Shown here: piece after piece, positions 26,572-32,000 of the stretch | Numbering within the stretch: the stretch's first letter is position 1 | Layout: each line of letters opens with the position of its first letter | The notes under the pieces: model-generated | Seen by the model: the letters and a program-made list of their open reading frames with translations, nothing else | Told to the model about the DNA's origin: nothing | Databases searched by the model: none | Program-made: the position numbers and the translations under genes | Source: Saccharolobus solfataricus | GTDB taxonomy: Archaea > Thermoproteota > Thermoprotei_A > Sulfolobales > Sulfolobaceae | Reading direction: 5' to 3' | DNA length: 32,000 nt | Assembly: GCF_900079115.1 (NCBI RefSeq) | Contig: NZ_LT549890.1 | Location: forward strand, 1,950,001-1,982,000

Positions 26572-28668
26572 ATGAGAAGAATAGACGCATATGACCTATT
26601 AATAGGAAAGGGTAATTATGTAGATGATATATCGTATAAGGGAAAATACGCAGTATTTATCAGAAGCCCATACGCCCATGCTAGAATAGTCAACATCAAT
26701 AAAGAAGATGCAGAAAGAAGAGGCGCATTAGTTCTAACAGGTAAAGATTTAGTATCTAGAAATGTAGAATCTGGCGAAAGAGAAGGAGCAAGTTTGACAA
26801 CTCCATTAATGGCGATAAATAAGGCACTATACGTTGGCCAACCAGTAGCTTTAGTTATTGCAAATGATCCATATGAGGCTACGGATTTAGCGGAATTAGT
26901 TCAAATCGATTATGAACCTTTGGAAGGCATAGGAAATATTGAAAAAGCTTTAGAGAATAAGGTAACAGTATTTGAGGATTTGAAGACAAACGTAGTAAGA
27001 GAACAAACCTTTGAATTCGGAAAACTGAGCACACAAGGTAGGCACTTAGAATTAGACCTATACTGGTCTAGAAGCTCTGGAAATCCAATAGAACCTTATG
27101 GGGCAATCACAATTCCAACAGATGATAGTTTGACCATAATTTCGAATCAGCAAGCAGGGAACGTAGTATCCAACGAAATACAGAAGGCGTTAGGAGTTAA
27201 GGTAGTACATAAAAACGCTAGGCAAGGAGGAAGCTTCGGTGAGAAGTTCTCCCTAGTCAGATACTTGACAGTATTAGGCTTTGCAGCATTGAAGTTTAAA
27301 GTACCAATAAAGTGGATTGAGACTAGAAATGAGCATTTAATGGCATCAAATGGAAGTGGACCAGAGAGGAAATTCAAAATCCACGCCTATTATTCCTCTG
27401 ATGGAAGGGTAAATAGTTTAGATGTTCACATATGGGAAGACGTTGGTGCCTCTAGGGATGCTGGTCAACCTTTTAAACCTTTAGCGTTCTTAACTGGACC
27501 ATATAAAATTGGAGGTATAAGATATACTGGAACTTTAGTTGCCACAAATAAGAACCCAGCTGGAGCATTTAGAGGTGCTGGCACTCCGCCTCATACTTGG
27601 GCGCTAGAAAGAACAATGGATGCCATAGCTGATGACTTAGGTATTAGTAAGGCTGATGTGAGAAAGATTAACGCAATAGATACTTTCCCCTACGATTCTG
27701 GATTTGCATACTACGATTCTGGAAATCCAAGAGGCTTACTAGATTTAGCGTTATCAAGAAAAGACATCTTTGCATTGAGGAATAAGAACACTGGAGTAGG
27801 TTTAGCGTTATCAACTGATCCCAGTACACCTTCTGGCAGCGAGAGAGTGAAAATTAAGGTTAAGAATAATAAAATTGTAATCGGTTTGGGATTTGGTCCG
27901 GAGGGTCAAGGTAACGAGCATTCAGCAGTGGTAATGGCTTCAAGACTATTAGGGATAACCCCAGATGACGTCGCATATGAGATTCTAGATAACACTGAAT
28001 TGCCAACGTCCTTTGGACCTGGAGGAAGTAGAATGGCGATTTACACTTTTGGAGCTGTTTCTGGGGCAGTGGAGGAGCTAAAAGCTAGATTGAGGAGGAA
28101 GGCAGAAGTTGTCCTAAACGATAAAGTCATTGATTACAGAGATGGGTACTTTATAGGAGAAAACGGAGGAAAAGTTAGAATTACGTCACTCGAGGGAGAA
28201 GAGGTCGACTTCACTTACACATTACAAGGTAAGTATAGATTCAATGCCTATCCATTCGCTTGTGACTTGGCAGTTGTTAGAATTGAAGACGGCAAGATAA
28301 AGCCAATAAAACACGTAGTTTACATTGATCCAGGAACTCCGATAGACGAGGATTTAGTAAAGGAACAAGTAATAGGAGGTACTGCAATTGGAATTTCTCT
28401 AGCATTATACGAACATTACGTATACGATGAGAACGCTAACTTACTAACTACAAACCTAGCGGACTATGGAATGCCAACCGCTGCTGATTTACCGGAAATA
28501 GAGGTCAACATAGTTCCGACTCCCTCTCCATCAACTCCTTATGGAGCTAAGGGAATAGGGGAAATCCCAGTTGGAATAGCTGCAGCTGCAGTAACTAGCG
28601 CCATTGAAGACGTTATAAAGAGAAGGATAAATAGAGTTCCAGTAAGCCTAGAAGACCTTTTTGAATAG
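26572..28668 (+). CDS. Molybdopterin-binding large subunit of the xanthine dehydrogenase / aldehyde oxidase / CoxL family
   Basis: 698 aa. N-terminal a/b-hammerhead region (RIDAYDLLIGKGNYVDDI...AHARIV), GAFRGAGTP, and C-terminal PYGAKGIGEIP, typical of this family. Confidence 0.8.
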   Translation: MRRIDAYDLLIGKGNYVDDISYKGKYAVFIRSPYAHARIVNINKEDAERRGALVLTGKDLVSRNVESGEREGASLTTPLMAINKALYVGQPVALVIANDPYEATDLAELVQIDYEPLEGIGNIEKALENKVTVFEDLKTNVVREQTFEFGKLSTQGRHLELDLYWSRSSGNPIEPYGAITIPTDDSLTIISNQQAGNVVSNEIQKALGVKVVHKNARQGGSFGEKFSLVRYLTVLGFAALKFKVPIKWIETRNEHLMASNGSGPERKFKIHAYYSSDGRVNSLDVHIWEDVGASRDAGQPFKPLAFLTGPYKIGGIRYTGTLVATNKNPAGAFRGAGTPPHTWALERTMDAIADDLGISKADVRKINAIDTFPYDSGFAYYDSGNPRGLLDLALSRKDIFALRNKNTGVGLALSTDPSTPSGSERVKIKVKNNKIVIGLGFGPEGQGNEHSAVVMASRLLGITPDDVAYEILDNTELPTSFGPGGSRMAIYTFGAVSGAVEELKARLRRKAEVVLNDKVIDYRDGYFIGENGGKVRITSLEGEEVDFTYTLQGKYRFNAYPFACDLAVVRIEDGKIKPIKHVVYIDPGTPIDEDLVKEQVIGGTAIGISLALYEHYVYDENANLLTTNLADYGMPTAADLPEIEVNIVPTPSPSTPYGAKGIGEIPVGIAAAAVTSAIEDVIKRRINRVPVSLEDLFE

Positions 28669-28711
28669 GAGTTTTAATATCATAATATCATTTAAATTTA
28701 TTTTTTGGAAC

Positions 28712-29212
28712 ATGAAGAGTAAACCTATGAATGTAATTTTCGATGTACTAAACGAGATTCATGGGTTTTTTGGCGCCTTGTGGGCAGGAGCGGCATTACT
28801 CAATTTCTTAATTAAACCTCAAGATAAGAGGCAATTTGAGAGAATAGGGAGATTCTTTCTAATAACGTCAATTATTACAATAATAACTGGGATAATAATC
28901 TTTGCCTACATTTACCTAGCTCCTTATCAAGGGAATCTATTCCTAGTTGCGGCAATTCTGCGTTCAAGTTTAGATATTAGAATAAGGGCCTTTCTAAACT
29001 TAATAGGAGGAGCATTTGGGTTATTGGCGTTTGGGGCGGGGATTGTAATAAGCAATAGGATAAGGCTTATGGTACGTGTTAAGGAAGGAGATGTTACAAT
29101 ATTGGAATTAAGAAATAGCGTAAGCAATTTATCTAAAATAAGCCTAGTCTTCCTACTCATCTCATTGGCAATGATGATACTAGCTGGTTCAATAGCACAA
29201 GTTATAACTTAG
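28712..29212 (+). CDS. Small integral membrane protein (hypothetical)
   Basis: About 4 hydrophobic helices. I prefer the ATG at 28712 (MKSKPMNVIF...) to the TTG at 28661, which overlaps the upstream gene. Confidence 0.5.
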   Translation: MKSKPMNVIFDVLNEIHGFFGALWAGAALLNFLIKPQDKRQFERIGRFFLITSIITIITGIIIFAYIYLAPYQGNLFLVAAILRSSLDIRIRAFLNLIGGAFGLLAFGAGIVISNRIRLMVRVKEGDVTILELRNSVSNLSKISLVFLLISLAMMILAGSIAQVIT

Positions 29213-29232
29213 ATAAGTGAGGAAACGTATAT

Positions 29233-30918
29233 ATGACGTTTGGTTATAAATTAGATGAAGACGGCGTAACCTTTAATTTATGGGCTCCCTATCAAAGGAA
29301 AGTTAAGTTAAAGATATTAAATAGGGGAATTTATGAGATGGAAAGAGATGACAAGGGATACTTTACTATTACTCTAGATAACGTGAGAGTTGGTGATAGA
29401 TATAAGTACATTCTAGATGACAACAGTGAAGTACCAGATCCAGCTTCTAGGTATCAGCCCGAGGGAGTTCACGGCTATTCTGAAATTATTTCACCAGATT
29501 TCGAATGGGATGATGAGAATAGCGTAAAGGTAAAAAGGGAGGATCTCGTAATTTATGAACTTCATATAGGTACATTTACATCAGAAGGTACTTTTGAAGG
29601 GGTGATAAAGAAGCTAAACTACTTAAAGGAACTTGGAGTAACTGCAATAGAGATAATGCCAATTGCACAGTTTCCAGGGAAAAAAGACTGGGGCTATGAT
29701 GGGGTTTACTTGTACGCTGTACAGAACTCTTATGGAGGACCAAGTGGATTTAGGAAACTAGTAAATGAGGCCCATAAGCTGGGATTAGCGGTAATATTAG
29801 ACGTAGTTTATAATCACGTTGGGCCAGAAGGAAATTATATGGTAAAGTTAGGGCCCTATTTCTCAGAGAAATATAAAACCCCTTGGGGTTTAACATTTAA
29901 TTTTGACGATGCTGGAAGTGATGAAGTTAGAAAGTTCATACTGGAAAATGTTGAATATTGGATAAATGAGTTTCACGTTGATGGATTTAGACTTGACGCT
30001 GTTCACGCCATTATTGATAATTCTCCAAAACATATCTTAGAGGATATTGCTGATGTAGTCCACAAATATGACAAGATTGTAATAGCCGAGAGTGATTTAA
30101 ATGATCCCAGAGTTGTTAATCCTAAAGAGAAGTGTGGATATAATATTGATGCCCAGTGGGTAGATGATTTTCATCATGCAATACATGCTTTCTTGACCGG
30201 TGAGAGACAAGGTTATTATAGTGACTTTGGTAGTATAGGTGATATAGTTAAATCGTACAAAGATGTCTTCATATATGATGGGAAGTACTCGAACTTTAGA
30301 AGAAAAACTCACGGAAAATCGGTCGGCGATCTAGATGGTTGTAAGTTCGTAGTTTATATACAAAATCACGATCAAGTTGGCAATAGGGGTGGAGGGGAAA
30401 GATTAATTAAACTGGTTGATAAGGAGAGCTATAAGATCGCTGCAGCGCTTTACATACTTTCACCATATATTCCAATGATCTTTATGGGAGAGGAATACGG
30501 TGAGGAAAATCCGTTTTACTACTTTTCCGACTTTTCTGATCCTAAACTAATACAAGGAGTTAGAGAGGGTAGAAGAAGAGAGAATGGACAAGAGACTGAT
30601 CCACAGTCCGACTGCACATTTAACGATTCTAAGTTAAGCTGGAAGATAAATGACGATATTCTTTCATTTTACAAGAGTTTAATAAAAATAAGGAAAGAGT
30701 ATGGTTTAGCTTGTAATAGAAAATTGAGTGTTGAAAATGGGAATTATTGGTTAACCGTGAAAGGAAATGGGTGTTTAGCTGTTTACGTGTTTTCCAAATC
30801 TGTAATTGAAATGAAATATAGTGGGACTTTAGTTCTATCCTCCAATAGCTCTTTTCCATCACAAATTACAGAAAGTAAGTACGAATTAGATAAGGGATTT
30901 GCTTTATATAAACTTTAG
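29233..30918 (+). CDS. treZ: Malto-oligosyltrehalose trehalohydrolase (GH13)
   Basis: 561 aa. GH13 regions [24 protein letters not shown] and [10 protein letters not shown], plus an N-terminal CBM48-like domain. The context with treX downstream matches the Sulfolobus TreX/Y/Z system. Confidence 0.85.
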   Translation: MTFGYKLDEDGVTFNLWAPYQRKVKLKILNRGIYEMERDDKGYFTITLDNVRVGDRYKYILDDNSEVPDPASRYQPEGVHGYSEIISPDFEWDDENSVKVKREDLVIYELHIGTFTSEGTFEGVIKKLNYLKELGVTAIEIMPIAQFPGKKDWGYDGVYLYAVQNSYGGPSGFRKLVNEAHKLGLAVILDVVYNHVGPEGNYMVKLGPYFSEKYKTPWGLTFNFDDAGSDEVRKFILENVEYWINEFHVDGFRLDAVHAIIDNSPKHILEDIADVVHKYDKIVIAESDLNDPRVVNPKEKCGYNIDAQWVDDFHHAIHAFLTGERQGYYSDFGSIGDIVKSYKDVFIYDGKYSNFRRKTHGKSVGDLDGCKFVVYIQNHDQVGNRGGGERLIKLVDKESYKIAAALYILSPYIPMIFMGEEYGEENPFYYFSDFSDPKLIQGVREGRRRENGQETDPQSDCTFNDSKLSWKINDDILSFYKSLIKIRKEYGLACNRKLSVENGNYWLTVKGNGCLAVYVFSKSVIEMKYSGTLVLSSNSSFPSQITESKYELDKGFALYKL

Positions 30919-31086
30919 GGCAGGAGAGTTTAAAAATTCCTATAAATGATTATACTTTAGATGACAAGTAAAAATAAAATAGATGAGGAAGAGAGAAGGA
31001 GAAGAGAAGAAGTTAAAAGGTTAATAATGCTCTTAGCAATGTTAAGATAAGGTTTTTAAAAAACTAAATAATAGTTAAGTACAACT

Positions 31087-32000
31087 ATGGCATTATTCTT
31101 CAGAACTAGAGATAGGCCTCTTCGTCCCGGAGATCCATATCCATTAGGTTCGAATTGGATAGAAGATGATGATGGTGTGAATTTTTCATTATTCTCAGAA
31201 AATGCAGAAAAAGTCGAATTACTCCTTTACTCACTGACAAACCAAAAGTACCCAAAGGAGATAATAGAGGTTAAAAACAAAACGGGAGATATTTGGCACG
31301 TCTTCGTCCCGGGACTGAGACCCGGGCAACTTTACGCATATAGGGTTTATGGCCCATATAAACCGGAGTTGGGATTAAGGTTTAATCCAAATAAGGTTTT
31401 AATAGACCCTTATGCTAAAGCCATAAACGGTAGTGTAATTTGGAACGACGCGGTATTTGGTTATAAGATAGGAGATCAAAATCAAGATTTGACCTATGAC
31501 GAGAGGGATTCCGGCGAATATGTTCCTAAAAGTGTTGTGATTAATCCATACTTTGAGTGGGACGATGAGGATTTCATTAAGGGAAAGAAAGTTCCATTAA
31601 AGGATACAGTAATTTACGAAGTTCACGTAAAAGGGTTTACAAAACTTAGGTTGGATTTGCCGGAAAACATAAGGGGAACTTATGAAGGTCTTGCCTCAGA
31701 ACAAATGATCAGCTATCTCAAAGATCTAGGGATTACTACTGTGGAACTAATGCCAGTTTTCCATTTTATCGATCAAAGATTTCTGACAGATAAGGGGCTA
31801 ACGAATTACTGGGGGTATGACCCAATAAATTTCTTCTCTCCTGAATGTAGATATTCCAGTACTGGCTGTTTAGGAGGGCAAGTATTAAGTTTCAAAAAAA
31901 TGGTAAACGAATTACATAACGCAGGAATTGAGGTTATAATCGATGTAGTTTATAATCACACTGCTGAGGGGAATCATTTAGGCCCAACGTTAAGTTTCAG
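31087..32000 (+). CDS. treX: Glycogen debranching enzyme / isoamylase-type GH13 (partial; continues beyond the window end)
   Basis: My translation from the ATG at 31087 gives MALFFRTRDRPLRPGDPYPLGSNWIEDDDGVNFSLFSENAEKVELLLY...YWGYDPINFFSP...DVVYNHTAEG. It is open to the window end. Confidence 0.85.
   Translation, partial: MALFFRTRDRPLRPGDPYPLGSNWIEDDDGVNFSLFSENAEKVELLLYSLTNQKYPKEIIEVKNKTGDIWHVFVPGLRPGQLYAYRVYGPYKPELGLRFNPNKVLIDPYAKAINGSVIWNDAVFGYKIGDQNQDLTYDERDSGEYVPKSVVINPYFEWDDEDFIKGKKVPLKDTVIYEVHVKGFTKLRLDLPENIRGTYEGLASEQMISYLKDLGITTVELMPVFHFIDQRFLTDKGLTNYWGYDPINFFSPECRYSSTGCLGGQVLSFKKMVNELHNAGIEVIIDVVYNHTAEGNHLGPTLSF

Noticed and set aside
28661-28711. TTG start at 28661 for the small membrane protein
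   Set aside because: It would overlap the CoxL-like gene and add a non-hydrophobic FKFIFWN leader. The ATG at 28712 is the more conservative start.
1-32000. CRISPR array, cas genes, tRNA or rRNA genes
   Set aside because: I looked for regularly spaced 24-40-nt direct repeats and for tRNA-like or rRNA-like GC-rich structured segments in this AT-rich background. I found none. The only GC-rich block is the IS element.

Overview
AT-rich archaeal chromosome segment of about 32 kb, very likely Sulfolobales and probably Saccharolobus/Sulfolobus solfataricus. That assignment rests on my recognition of the Dps-like protein, the TreZ/TreX pair and an ISC-type insertion sequence; I ran no search. Coding is dense, with many overlapping or abutting stop and start codons and very short, probably leaderless, intergenic promoters.

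Layout, left to right:
1. A partial sugar-porter-type MFS transporter and an HTH_10 regulator.
2. An acyl-CoA metabolism cluster: AMP-forming acyl-CoA synthetase, acyl-CoA dehydrogenase, two thiolase-fold proteins and two DUF35 zinc-ribbon/OB proteins.
3. An orphan 304-aa protein.
4. iorA-iorB translationally coupled to a second AMP-forming ligase.
5. A Bcp peroxiredoxin followed by a 740-bp ORF-free gap.
6. An MBL-fold hydrolase, a TrmB regulator and a divergent MFS transporter.
7. An Nramp/MntH metal transporter gene split by a 1.15-kb GC-rich IS element with a recognisable target-site duplication.
8. The divergent Dps-like ferritin and Rieske pair.
9. A stand-alone 178-aa CARF-domain protein. 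I believe it is the Crn1 cyclic-tetra-adenylate ring-nuclease type. There is no cas gene or CRISPR array in the window.
10. A membrane protein, a metallophosphoesterase, a dienelactone hydrolase, a secreted S53 sedolisin-like protease and a TenA/PqqC-like protein.
11. An orphan molybdopterin (CoxL-like) large subunit.
12. The trehalose genes treZ and treX (treX partial).

No rRNA, tRNA or CRISPR array was seen.

Most interesting:
- The effector-less CARF protein remote from any CRISPR locus.
- The paired thiolase-fold proteins, which by eye lack the canonical Cys/His catalytic residues, each followed by a DUF35 partner.
- The precisely reconstructable IS disruption of the metal transporter next to dps.
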